Shown: positions 19,734-29,041, numbered from the stretch's first letter. The stretch is 49,647 nucleotides of DNA from an uncultured Bacilli bacterium (GCA_947589535.1 CANQAS010000003.1:1-49647), one strand, 5' to 3'. The notes: generated from the sequence alone by a model not told the origin. Numbers and translations: made by a program.

Positions 19734-20798
19734 ATGGAACATACTAGAGTCCCAAAGTGCTCAAATTGTGGTGGTAGAGCATATGATAATGGTATATGCC
19801 TTTTTTGTAATTGTAAAAATGATGTATTAGATGAAATAATGAAACTTATAACTCCATCTAAAACTATAGATGAATATTATGAAACAATAATTTTAAAAAA
19901 AATAGAAAATAATACTATATTGTCTGAAGAAGAGGATAAAATTTTATATCTATTACTTAAATACGATATGGTTAATGAATCTAGTTTAAGGGATGGTAAA
20001 ATAATAATAAACATATTAAATAAAAATAATATAATTTCATATGATACATTCGAATTTTTAATAATTAGATCTACCCAATATGCAATGAAAAAAATAAATA
20101 ACGAAAGAATTAAACCCTATTTTCCTAAGGTTTATATTAGCGAATTAGACGGTGCAGGTGGTAATACTTTTTCATATGAATATATTTCTTTTGATAAAAA
20201 AAGTATAGAAAATTTGTATAAGGGAAATTTTGAGACTTTATCAATTTATTTTCATGAGTTAAGACATATTGAGCAGGAAATTGAAATTTACTTAAAAAAT
20301 TTTAGTAGCGATATAATTGATATGATAAAAGATAAAGTTATAAAGGACTATGAATTTAAAAAATATGGAACAAAAAGGTATTATGAAATTAATTATTTTA
20401 ATATTAGTTTTGAAGTGGATGCACATCATAATGGTATAGATATGACTAAAGCTTTATTGCATAAATATCAATTTGATTATTTAGTACCATTTGCTGAAGT
20501 TTTAAGAAATGCTTGGCCGGTTAATAGTAATAGGTTAGAAAGAATGGTAGAAGAAAATGGTGTTATGGTTACTAAAACACTTGATGAAGTCTTTGACGGT
20601 GTTATTGCAGATAACCCGCATTATTTAGAAAAATATCCGCAATTAGCTATCGAATATATAAAAGAGGATAATAAAGTTAGGAAAAAAACTAAAGAGGAAC
20701 TGGTTGATATGTTAATTAGTGGTACATATTCTGAAGTAGTAAATAGTTATATTAAGGATTTATTAAAAGCAATAGTGTTTGAAGAAAAAAGAAAATAA
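19734..20798 (+). CDS. Hypothetical protein with an N-terminal zinc ribbon and an HExxH motif
   Basis: CSNCGG...CLFCNC (CxxC-x13-CxxC) at the N-terminus. FHELRHIEQE (HExxH) is mid-protein. ATG at 19734 follows ggtga. Confidence 0.62.
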   Translation: MEHTRVPKCSNCGGRAYDNGICLFCNCKNDVLDEIMKLITPSKTIDEYYETIILKKIENNTILSEEEDKILYLLLKYDMVNESSLRDGKIIINILNKNNIISYDTFEFLIIRSTQYAMKKINNERIKPYFPKVYISELDGAGGNTFSYEYISFDKKSIENLYKGNFETLSIYFHELRHIEQEIEIYLKNFSSDIIDMIKDKVIKDYEFKKYGTKRYYEINYFNISFEVDAHHNGIDMTKALLHKYQFDYLVPFAEVLRNAWPVNSNRLERMVEENGVMVTKTLDEVFDGVIADNPHYLEKYPQLAIEYIKEDNKVRKKTKEELVDMLISGTYSEVVNSYIKDLLKAIVFEEKRK

Positions 20799-20818
20799 TC
20801 AGAATTGTTTTCTTTTTT

Positions 20819-20846
20819 TCATATTATCTTTCTTTTTACATAATAT
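20819..20846 (+). promoter_or_regulatory. Candidate sigma-E-type promoter of spoIVA
   Basis: TCATATT (20819-25), a 13-nt spacer, then CATAATAT (20839-46). The mother-cell sigma-E consensus is roughly kmATATT-N14-CATACAnT. spoIVA is sigma-E dependent in B. subtilis. Confidence 0.45.
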
Positions 20847-20877
20847 TTAATGAGATTTGAAAGAAAGTAGGGATTAT

Positions 20878-22353
20878 ATGGAAAAATACGATATTATAAA
20901 AGATATTTCACAAAGAACAGGTGGGGATATATATTTAGGTGTAGTAGGAGCAGTTAGAACAGGTAAATCTACATTTATTAAAAAGTGTATTGAAAATTTA
21001 GTTGTTCCTAATATAAAGGATGAATATGATAAAAAAAGATGTCTAGATGAAATACCACAAACTGCCCAAGGTAAAACCATAATGACTATAGAACCTAAGT
21101 TTGTACCATCTAACGCTGCTACAATATCAATAGAAGATTTTACCGCTAATATAAGATTAATTGATTGTGTTGGTTATGTTATTGATGCAGCCAAAGGATA
21201 CGAAGATGAGAATGGTCCTAGAATGGTTAGAACACCATGGTATGATGAAGAAATACCCTTTGTGGAAGCTGCCGAAATAGGTACTGAAAAAGTAATAAGA
21301 GATCATTCAACTATTGGTATAGTAGTTACTACTGATGGAAGTTTTGGTGAAATAGCAAGAAATGAATATGTTTCAGCCGAAAATCAAGTAGTAAATGAAC
21401 TTAAAGAATTAGGTAAACCATTTATAGTAGTATTAAATACTTCTCACCCAACGCATCCTGACACAGAAAAATTGGCTGATGATTTAAGAGAAGAATATGG
21501 TGTTCCTGTTGTACCAGTTTCAGTAGAGACAATGGGAGAAAAAGAAGTATACAACATACTTAAAGAAGCTTTATTTGAATTTCCTGTTTTAAGTGTTAAC
21601 GTAAATATACCTGATTGGATAGCTTGCTTATCTCATAAACATCCGGTAAAAAAAGAATATATAGAAAAAATAAAAGAAAGTGTTACAGAAATTGATAAAG
21701 TAAGAGATGTAGATACTATTATAGGACACTTTAATAACGCCGAAAATATATCTAAAGCATATCTTTCTGAAGTTAATACCGCAACTGGTGAAATAACTAT
21801 TAATTTAGATGCTCCAGAAGGATTATATAATGCCGTATTAAATGAGATAATTGGAACTGAAATTAACTCTAAAGCAAAATTGATTAGTTTATTTACTGAG
21901 TTTAATGAAACAAGAGAAGAGTTCTCTCAATTTAAAGAAGCAATTAAAATGGTTAAACAAACTGGATATGGCACATCATTTCCAACCATTAAGGATATGA
22001 AACTAGATACCCCAGAAATTATAAAACAAGGAACCAGGTATGGTGTTAAATTAAAGGCAGTTGCACCTTCTATTCATATGATAAGAGTAGATGTTGAATC
22101 AACATTTGAACCTATAATAGGTTCTGAAACCCAAAGTAAAGAACTTATCGATAATTTAATGAAGGATTATGAATCTGATCCACAAAGTGTTTGGAAAAGT
22201 GAAATGTTTGGAAGAAGCTTAGATAATATTGTTCAAGAAGGAATAAGGGGAAAATTATCACTTATGCCAGATAATATAAGACATAAACTACAAACAACAT
22301 TAACTAAAGTGGTTAATAAAGGTTCTAATAATATGATAGCTATAGTAATATAG
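20878..22353 (+). CDS. spoIVA: Stage IV sporulation protein A (spore-coat morphogenetic ATPase)
   Basis: MEKYDIIKDISQRTGGDIYLGVVGAVRTGKSTFIKK... is near-identical in pattern to the SpoIVA N-terminus and Walker A. Full length is ~491 aa. The tracked TTG at 20857 is an upstream extension. Confidence 0.95.
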   Translation: MEKYDIIKDISQRTGGDIYLGVVGAVRTGKSTFIKKCIENLVVPNIKDEYDKKRCLDEIPQTAQGKTIMTIEPKFVPSNAATISIEDFTANIRLIDCVGYVIDAAKGYEDENGPRMVRTPWYDEEIPFVEAAEIGTEKVIRDHSTIGIVVTTDGSFGEIARNEYVSAENQVVNELKELGKPFIVVLNTSHPTHPDTEKLADDLREEYGVPVVPVSVETMGEKEVYNILKEALFEFPVLSVNVNIPDWIACLSHKHPVKKEYIEKIKESVTEIDKVRDVDTIIGHFNNAENISKAYLSEVNTATGEITINLDAPEGLYNAVLNEIIGTEINSKAKLISLFTEFNETREEFSQFKEAIKMVKQTGYGTSFPTIKDMKLDTPEIIKQGTRYGVKLKAVAPSIHMIRVDVESTFEPIIGSETQSKELIDNLMKDYESDPQSVWKSEMFGRSLDNIVQEGIRGKLSLMPDNIRHKLQTTLTKVVNKGSNNMIAIVI

Positions 22354-22561
22354 TTATCTTTTTTAATAAAAATCCTCTATTTATTCAATGAAAAGAAAAT
22401 GGAAATTATATAGCAATTTTACCAAAAAATGTAACAGCATCTGCTACAATAACACAAGCTGCATAAAAAAATCATAATACATCTTATGGTGCAAGTTTGT
22501 ACTTCGTAATTGCGCTTATTGGATGGTATTACTATAAAAAGTTTAATAAAATGTCACTAAT

Positions 22562-22592
22562 AAAAAAGCACACCGAGAGAGTGTGTTTTTTT
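22562..22592. terminator. Bidirectional Rho-independent terminator
   Basis: aaaaaagcacac / cgagaga / gtgtgttttttt, with an A run on one side and a T run on the other. It lies just downstream of the minus-strand gene ending at 22641. Confidence 0.7.
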
Positions 22593-22640
22593 GTGCTACA
22601 GTTATTTTACAACTTTATCACATCATAATGCGCTTGTTTT

Positions 22641-23792
22641 TTATTTGCGCTTTTGTTTTCCTTTTATAGACTTTTTTATCATATTATCTAACTTCTTAGA
22701 GGTTCCACTATGTCCAAAGAAATCATTTAATTTTTGTTTTTGTTCATTACTTAATTCACCAATTTCTTTTTTTTCGGAATCTTTAAATGTTTTATTAACT
22801 AAAGTTTCGTTATCATCGATATAATTATTTGTATTTTCTAAATTTAGTGCATTTAACTTGTCATTACCATAGTTAATTATTGTTTCACCAGTATTCAATA
22901 CCTTACTATTTAAAACCAATAGGTCTTTTTTTAAAACGTACTTAAAATTATATTTATTATCTAAATATAAGGTAAGTTCTATGGCTCTTGGTATGTTTAT
23001 TTGTCCTTTACAATGATTTCTACAAAGAGGTGGTACTATTATTCTAGGAGTTACGTTTTTAGAGTCATTAATTCCTAATAAGGTTTTTGAGGTGTGATTG
23101 TGTCCTACTAAGTGTAATTTTATATTTTGTATATTATTTTCTTCAAAAACAGGTGCTTTATGTGATACCATAATTTGATTGTTATTAAATTTAATAACGT
23201 TGTTTTTTATAGTTTTAGCATATGGGGAAATAGCACATATATCATGTCTTCTTTTCTTTAACGCTGAAGCGATTGAAATATTATTAGATGAATATAAAGA
23301 GATATCATGGTCACCGAGTGTATATAAAGTGAAAATACTCTTATCAAAAGGATATCTTTTTATTAAATATTCTATTTGTTCCTCTGGTGGTATAAAACAT
23401 TCTGTATTTGAAAATGTGCCATCTAAAATGTCTCCGCAATTTATAATTACATGAATATCATTCTTACAACAATAATTATATATTGTATATAATGCTTCTT
23501 CATCACTTGATATGTTTCCTATATGCAGGTCAGATATAACTAAAAACCTTATAGTTGTTTTTTCGTTAGATAATTCAAATAAATTATTTACATGATAACA
23601 GTTATCATTATCAAACGTGTAGGATAAAATACCATTGATATCATATTTTCTTTTTGCTAGGTAACCATATCTCTCTAAAGAAGAAATTCTATTATATATT
23701 TGTTTGTAACTTAAATTTATTTCTTTAGATATTTCTTCTATTGATTTTTTTTGTTTAATCATATCTAATATTTTTTTATTTATTTCTGTCAT
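22641..23792 (-). CDS. Winged-HTH domain fused to a calcineurin-like metallophosphoesterase, with a Lys-rich C-terminal tail
   Basis: N-terminal ~60 aa wHTH (ILDMIKQKKSIEEISKEINLSYKQIYNRISSLERYGYLAKRKY). MPE motifs VISDLHIGN, CGDILDG, LGDHD, VGHNH. The tail ends KKSIKGKQKRK. I prefer the start at 23792 (gagggag upstream) over the tracked 23831. Confidence 0.75.
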   Translation of the reverse strand: MTEINKKILDMIKQKKSIEEISKEINLSYKQIYNRISSLERYGYLAKRKYDINGILSYTFDNDNCYHVNNLFELSNEKTTIRFLVISDLHIGNISSDEEALYTIYNYCCKNDIHVIINCGDILDGTFSNTECFIPPEEQIEYLIKRYPFDKSIFTLYTLGDHDISLYSSNNISIASALKKRRHDICAISPYAKTIKNNVIKFNNNQIMVSHKAPVFEENNIQNIKLHLVGHNHTSKTLLGINDSKNVTPRIIVPPLCRNHCKGQINIPRAIELTLYLDNKYNFKYVLKKDLLVLNSKVLNTGETIINYGNDKLNALNLENTNNYIDDNETLVNKTFKDSEKKEIGELSNEQKQKLNDFFGHSGTSKKLDNMIKKSIKGKQKRK

Positions 23793-23899
23793 TTTATTTT
23801 GTTTCTCCCTCACGAATGCATATGTTATCATATATTATATAAAAAATCAAACCTTTAAATTATAAATATTAATTCTTAAAGTAATATTAGCTTTATGTA

Positions 23900-23927
23900 T
23901 TGACAAAATAATAAAGATAAGTATGAT
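23900..23927 (+). promoter_or_regulatory. Candidate sigma-A promoter for the 23953 gene
   Basis: TTGACA (23900-05), 16 nt, TATGAT (23922-27). This overlaps the first ATG of the tracked ORF, which argues for the downstream start. Confidence 0.5.
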
Positions 23928-23952
23928 ATACATTCGTGAAAAGGTGATGGAA

Positions 23953-24522
23953 ATGAAAAATTATAAAATAAAAGTAAGAGTGGTCTTTAATGGTGAATAT
24001 AGTGTTATTAACATTGATAAAATGTCTAAAGATATAAATGATAAAAATATAAAATCATATTTAAAAGACAAAGTAAAATCATTTACTTTAATGAATAGAT
24101 ATGTTTATAATAAGTACAAAATAAAAACAAATTTTGAAAAAAATTTATGTGGTGATTGTAAAAACATGTTAAATTGTCCTAAAGTAATTGACGTTCAAAA
24201 AGGCGCATTAAAAAAATATCCTTATATAACAAATGGTATACAAATAATATTAGTAAATAATGAAATTAATGATATATATAATAATTCCGTTAAAAGGTAT
24301 AGTGATTTAAAGGACAACAAAGATTTTAATTTAGATCATTATCCTACTTTAGAAAAAAAATTATCTAATAATGGAATGGATTTTATACATTTTAGTGTGT
24401 TTGAATGTAGTAAGTTTGTTGATGATAATAATAAAACATCTATTGAAAATTTTAAAGAAGAGGAAAGTTCACCACAAAAGTGTTTAAATAATATTAATAA
24501 GATGATTAAAAACGTTGAGTAA
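23953..24522 (+). CDS. Hypothetical protein (189 aa), Lys/Asn-rich with a CGDCKNMLNCP motif
   Basis: ATG at 23953 is 5 nt after aaggtga. It is divergent from the wHTH-phosphoesterase gene. I recognise no family. Confidence 0.55.
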   Translation: MKNYKIKVRVVFNGEYSVINIDKMSKDINDKNIKSYLKDKVKSFTLMNRYVYNKYKIKTNFEKNLCGDCKNMLNCPKVIDVQKGALKKYPYITNGIQIILVNNEINDIYNNSVKRYSDLKDNKDFNLDHYPTLEKKLSNNGMDFIHFSVFECSKFVDDNNKTSIENFKEEESSPQKCLNNINKMIKNVE

Positions 24523-24540
24523 GTTTTCAACGTTTTTAAT
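24508..24540 (+). terminator. Rho-independent terminator
   Basis: aaaaacgttga / gtaagttt / tcaacgttttt. The hairpin overlaps the stop codon. Confidence 0.7.
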
Positions 24541-24587
24541 TTGTAAAAAAAAATAATATATACTATAATTATGTTAGGTGATTTATT

Positions 24588-25676
24588 TTGAGAAAAAAAA
24601 GAATATTAATTTCTTCTTATAATTTAGAAATGGGAGGTATAGAAAAATCCCTTATAAATTTACTTAAGAACTTTAATCTAAATAAATATGATGTTACGCT
24701 TATTTTAGAAGAAAAAAAAGGAATGTTTTTAAGCGACATCCCTAAAAATATTAAAATAAAAGAATATAAAGTAAGTAAAATAAAAAACGTTTTTATAAGA
24801 AAAACAATTAATTTATTTAAGCGTTTAAAGTTCATACTTTTTAATTATAAAAGGTATAATGCATCAATATGCTATGCAACATATTCGGGGCCATGTGGAT
24901 TTGTTGCGCGGGTAGCTTCTAAAAATAAAATATTATATGTACATAGTAATTATTATCAACTTTATAATGAAGATAAAAACAAAACAAAAACATTTTTTGA
25001 TAATTTAAAAATCAATAAATATAATCATATCATATTTGTAAGTAATGAATCTAAAAAAGATTTATGCAAGATATATCCAATTATAAAAGATAAATCAATT
25101 ACGATTAATAACATAGTAGATTATGAAAAAATACTTAAATTATCAGAGAAAAAAGTTAATGTAAAAAGAACTACTAAAAAAATTTTTCTATTTGTTGGAA
25201 GATTAGATGAATCATCTAAAAGGCTTACCTTACTTTTAGATGTTGCTAAAAAATGTAAAATTGAAAAAATAAAAGCTTTGTTTTGGATAATAGGAAATGG
25301 TTCTGATGAAAAGTTATATAAAGAAATAGTTAAAAATGAAAATTTAGATAATATTATATTTTTTGGCGTTAGAAAAAATCCATATCCATATATGAAAGCA
25401 TGTGACTATTTAATATTAACATCGAAATATGAAGGATTTCCCGTTGTGTATAATGAGGCTATAATACTTAATAAACCAATTATAACAACCATTGATGTAT
25501 CGGATGATTATATATCTATTCCAAACCGTTTTGGATTCATAGTAAATGAAAATAATATATTTGACAAAGTAAAAGAATTATCTTTAAAAAAAGAAAAAAT
25601 AAAAGAAACCATAGATTATAAAAATTTAAATGAGAAAAGAATGAAGTTAATAGAACAAATAATGGAGCGTAAATAA
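24588..25676 (+). CDS. Glycosyltransferase, GT4 family (GT-B fold)
   Basis: TTG start after aggtga. C-terminal Glycos_transf_1 pattern FVGRLDE...GNGSDE...LTSKYEGFPVVYNEAIILNKPIITT. Confidence 0.85.
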   Translation: MRKKRILISSYNLEMGGIEKSLINLLKNFNLNKYDVTLILEEKKGMFLSDIPKNIKIKEYKVSKIKNVFIRKTINLFKRLKFILFNYKRYNASICYATYSGPCGFVARVASKNKILYVHSNYYQLYNEDKNKTKTFFDNLKINKYNHIIFVSNESKKDLCKIYPIIKDKSITINNIVDYEKILKLSEKKVNVKRTTKKIFLFVGRLDESSKRLTLLLDVAKKCKIEKIKALFWIIGNGSDEKLYKEIVKNENLDNIIFFGVRKNPYPYMKACDYLILTSKYEGFPVVYNEAIILNKPIITTIDVSDDYISIPNRFGFIVNENNIFDKVKELSLKKEKIKETIDYKNLNEKRMKLIEQIMERK

Positions 25677-26617
25677 TGATTAAATATAGTTTTATAGTAC
25701 CAGTATACAATACTTCAAAATATTTAGATAAATGTCTTAAGTCATTAGTTAATCAAACTTTTAATGACTTCGAAATAATTATCGTTAATGATGGTTCTAC
25801 TGATAATAGTAAAAGTATTATATATAATTATCAAAAAAAATATAATAATATAAAGTTAATAAACCAAAAAAACCAAGGACTTTCATCAGCAAGGAATAAT
25901 GGTGTTAAAGAAGCTAGCGGTAAGTATTTGATTTTTATTGATAGTGATGATTATGTAGAATGTAATTTATTAAAAGAAATAGATAAAGAAATTAATGAAG
26001 TAGAAGTACTAAGATATCAAGTTATGATTGAAGATGAAGATGGTAATAATGTAAAGATATTTAACGAAAAAACTTTTGATGTCATAAATGGATTTGATGC
26101 TTTTAAGATGTTATCAAATTACCATTTTGTAGAACCAGCATGGTGTTATGTATTTAAAAAAGATTATTATTTAGATAATAACTTTAAATTTGAAACAGGT
26201 GTTTATCATGAAGATTATGGACTTATTCCATATGTTATTTATAAAGCAAGAAAAGTAAAAAGCATAAGTTACATAGGATATCATTACGTACAAAGATGCG
26301 GTAGTATAATGAATAATAATGATTATAAAAAAACGGTTAAAAAAGCTTTTGATATGTTAAAACAATATAAAACTTTAAGATTATTTTCAAAAAACATACG
26401 TAAAAAAAATAACTTAGATGATTATTATTTAAGTTACATATCAAACTGTGTAATTGTTAAAGCAAGAGAACTTAAAGGACGCGAAAGAAAAATGTACGTT
26501 AATGAACTTAAAAAACTAAATACTTTTAATGGTGTGTTAGTTAACACTAATATTAGAAAATTAAAAAAGAAATTAATGAAATTAAATCTAAATTTATATT
26601 TGAAGGTGGTTAAATGA
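25676..26617 (+). CDS. Glycosyltransferase, GT2 family
   Basis: SFIVPVYNTSKYLDKCLKSLVNQTFNDFEIIIVNDGSTDNS ... IFIDSDDY. Confidence 0.88.
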   Translation: MIKYSFIVPVYNTSKYLDKCLKSLVNQTFNDFEIIIVNDGSTDNSKSIIYNYQKKYNNIKLINQKNQGLSSARNNGVKEASGKYLIFIDSDDYVECNLLKEIDKEINEVEVLRYQVMIEDEDGNNVKIFNEKTFDVINGFDAFKMLSNYHFVEPAWCYVFKKDYYLDNNFKFETGVYHEDYGLIPYVIYKARKVKSISYIGYHYVQRCGSIMNNNDYKKTVKKAFDMLKQYKTLRLFSKNIRKKNNLDDYYLSYISNCVIVKARELKGRERKMYVNELKKLNTFNGVLVNTNIRKLKKKLMKLNLNLYLKVVK

Positions 26618-27582
26618 AAAAAGTATCAGTAATAGTTCCAGTTTATAACACGGAAAAATATTTAAGAAGATGTTTAAATAGTTTAGTTAATCAAACCTTA
26701 AAAGATCTAGAAATTATTATAATCGAAGATAAATCACCTGATAATTCAAATGAAATATTAAAAGAATACAAAGAAAAATATAAAGATAAAATAAAAGTTT
26801 TCCACAACAAAACTAATAAAGGAATAGGATATAATAGAAACTATGGAATAAAAAAAGCAACTGGAAAGTATATAGCTTTTGTTGATAGTGATGATTGGGT
26901 AGATGAAACCGCATATGAGAAAATGTATAATAGGGCCATAAAAGATAATTTGGATTTGGTTTTATGTAACTTTCATAAGATGTTAGAAAAAGACGATTTT
27001 CTTAATGAAATAGAACCAGAATTTATTATTCCTAATTTTAAAAACACTTCACTAAAAGAATATCCAGATTTACTTTTAAAGGTAAATTTAGCACCGTGGA
27101 ATAAATTATATAAAAGAGAATTATTAGATGATAATAATTTTCCAGAAGACTTAAAATATGAAGATGCAATAGTGGTGGTTAAAGCGCTTTCAAGAGCTAA
27201 TAGAATAGGCATGATAGATGAAAAATTAAATTATTATTTAGTAAGAGATAAAAGTGAAACAACAGTAATGGATAAAAGAGTGTACGATATTTTAAAAATA
27301 ACACAAATGATAATAGAAGAATTAAAAATTCATGATTATTATAAAGATATAAAAAAATACGTAGAAGCCATGACCATTAGAAATTTATTTAGATATACTT
27401 TGCAACAAAAAAATCAGAAAGATAAAAACATAGCTAATGATTTTATAGATAAAGTATTTGATTATTTAAATAAGGAATTTCCAAACTGGAAGAAAAATGA
27501 AATATGGAAAAAAAGAAATCCAATAAAAAGATTTATAGAAGAAAATAAATTATTAACTAAAATATATTGTTATCTGTTTTAA
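26614..27582 (+). CDS. Glycosyltransferase, GT2 family
   Basis: VSVIVPVYNTEKYLRRCLNSLVNQTLKDLEIIIIEDKSPDNS ... AFVDSDDW. ATGA overlap with the upstream gene. Confidence 0.88.
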   Translation: MKKVSVIVPVYNTEKYLRRCLNSLVNQTLKDLEIIIIEDKSPDNSNEILKEYKEKYKDKIKVFHNKTNKGIGYNRNYGIKKATGKYIAFVDSDDWVDETAYEKMYNRAIKDNLDLVLCNFHKMLEKDDFLNEIEPEFIIPNFKNTSLKEYPDLLLKVNLAPWNKLYKRELLDDNNFPEDLKYEDAIVVVKALSRANRIGMIDEKLNYYLVRDKSETTVMDKRVYDILKITQMIIEELKIHDYYKDIKKYVEAMTIRNLFRYTLQQKNQKDKNIANDFIDKVFDYLNKEFPNWKKNEIWKKRNPIKRFIEENKLLTKIYCYLF

Positions 27583-27601
27583 TAAAAAATAGTGTAATTA
27601 T

Positions 27602-27680
27602 AAAAAAGAACATTTATCTTTAAAATAATTATTCTTTTTTTATTTTATTATATATGATATAATTATTTAAATAAAAAACT
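27602..27680 (+). promoter_or_regulatory. Terminator hairpin plus extended -10 promoter module (copy A of a repeated module)
   Basis: Imperfect hairpin aaaaaagaacatttat (27602-17) / ataattattctttttt (27625-40) plus a T run, then TGaTATAAT at 27655-63. About 55 bp are near-identical to 31505-31560. Confidence 0.6.
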
Positions 27681-27783
27681 ATAGAATATAATTTTGGTAA
27701 CTTAATTATTATTAGAAAAATTTAGACTAAGTATAAAAGGTAAGTTATTCATATTATAAAGAGCAAATCAAGTAGGAGGATAC

Positions 27784-28893
27784 ATGAAAAAATATGATTA
27801 TCTAATAGTAGGAGCAGGATTGTTTGGGGCAACGTTTGCAAATAAGATGAAAGAAAATGGTAAAAAGGTATTAGTAATAGATAAAAGGAAAAATGTTGCC
27901 GGCAATGTTTATACTGAAAATATAGACGGAATTCACGTTCATAAATATGGCGCTCATATTTTTCATACTGATTACAAAGATGTATGGGATTATGTAAATT
28001 CTTTTGTTGAATTTAATAGATTTACTAACTCTCCAATTGCAAGAATAGGAGATGAAATCTATAATATGCCATTTAATATGAATACGTTTTCTAAATTATG
28101 GAAAGATGTTATAACTCCAGAAGATGCGAAAAAGCATATCGATGAAGAAAAAAAAGAATTGAATTGTAAAAATCCTAAAAATCTTGAAGAACAAGCAATT
28201 TCGTTAGTAGGAAGAACAATATATCAAAAATTAATAAAAGGATATACTGAAAAACAATGGAATAGAAGTTGTACAGAATTACCACCTTTTATTATCAAAA
28301 GATTACCAGTAAGGTTTACATATGATAATAATTATTTTAATGATAGATATCAAGGAATTCCAATTGGCGGATATACAAAAATGGTAGAAAAGATGTTAGA
28401 TGGAATAGAATTAAAATTAAACACTGATTATTTTGATCATAAAGAAGAGTTTGATAATCTTGCTAATAAAATAGTTTATACTGGTATGTTAGATGAATAT
28501 TTTAACTTCAAACTTGGAAGGTTAGAATATAGATCATTAAGATTTGATACTAAAACTTATGATACCAAAAATTATCAAGGTAATGCCGTTGTTAATTATA
28601 CTGGGCACGATCAAAAATATACAAGAGTTATTGAACATAAGCATTTTGATAATACATGCATTAGTGATAAAACCATTGTAACGTATGAATACCCTGATGA
28701 TTGGAATCCAACTAAAGAAGCATATTACGTTATAAATGATGATAAGAATAACAAGTTAGCTGATGAATATAGAAATTTAGCGAAGAAAGAAAAAAATGTT
28801 ATATTTGGAGGAAGACTGGCTGATTATAAATATTATGACATGGATGATGTTATCAAAGAAGCATTTAACTGTGTTGAAAAAGAATTGAGATAG
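27784..28893 (+). CDS. glf: UDP-galactopyranose mutase
   Basis: KYDYLIVGAGLFGATFA FAD motif, GAHIFHT, and ~369 aa overall, typical of Glf. RBS aggagga. Confidence 0.93.
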   Translation: MKKYDYLIVGAGLFGATFANKMKENGKKVLVIDKRKNVAGNVYTENIDGIHVHKYGAHIFHTDYKDVWDYVNSFVEFNRFTNSPIARIGDEIYNMPFNMNTFSKLWKDVITPEDAKKHIDEEKKELNCKNPKNLEEQAISLVGRTIYQKLIKGYTEKQWNRSCTELPPFIIKRLPVRFTYDNNYFNDRYQGIPIGGYTKMVEKMLDGIELKLNTDYFDHKEEFDNLANKIVYTGMLDEYFNFKLGRLEYRSLRFDTKTYDTKNYQGNAVVNYTGHDQKYTRVIEHKHFDNTCISDKTIVTYEYPDDWNPTKEAYYVINDDKNNKLADEYRNLAKKEKNVIFGGRLADYKYYDMDDVIKEAFNCVEKELR

Positions 28894-29005
28894 TAATAGG
28901 AGTATTATATAAATAGTTTGATAAAAAAAGTTATATTAAAACATGTTTAAAGTCATAAATAAAATATAATATATTAATAAAAACATTTCTTTTTTTTATT
29001 AATAA

Positions 29006-29014
29006 TGATATACT
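29006..29014 (+). promoter_or_regulatory. Extended -10 element (copy C, degenerate version of the repeated module)
   Basis: TGaTATACT, preceded by aacatttcttttttttatt, which resembles the right arm and T run of the module at 27625-27650 and 31501-31520. Confidence 0.4.
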
Positions 29015-29041
29015 ATTTTTATAAATAAAGAAGGTGAATTT

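Noticed and set aside
22591-22824. 77-aa plus-strand ORF, and the 36559-36873 minus-strand ORF bridging intergenic DNA into neighbouring genes.
   Set aside because: Both mostly overlap the opposite strand of convincing genes, have no RBS, and show hydrophobic shadow-frame composition.
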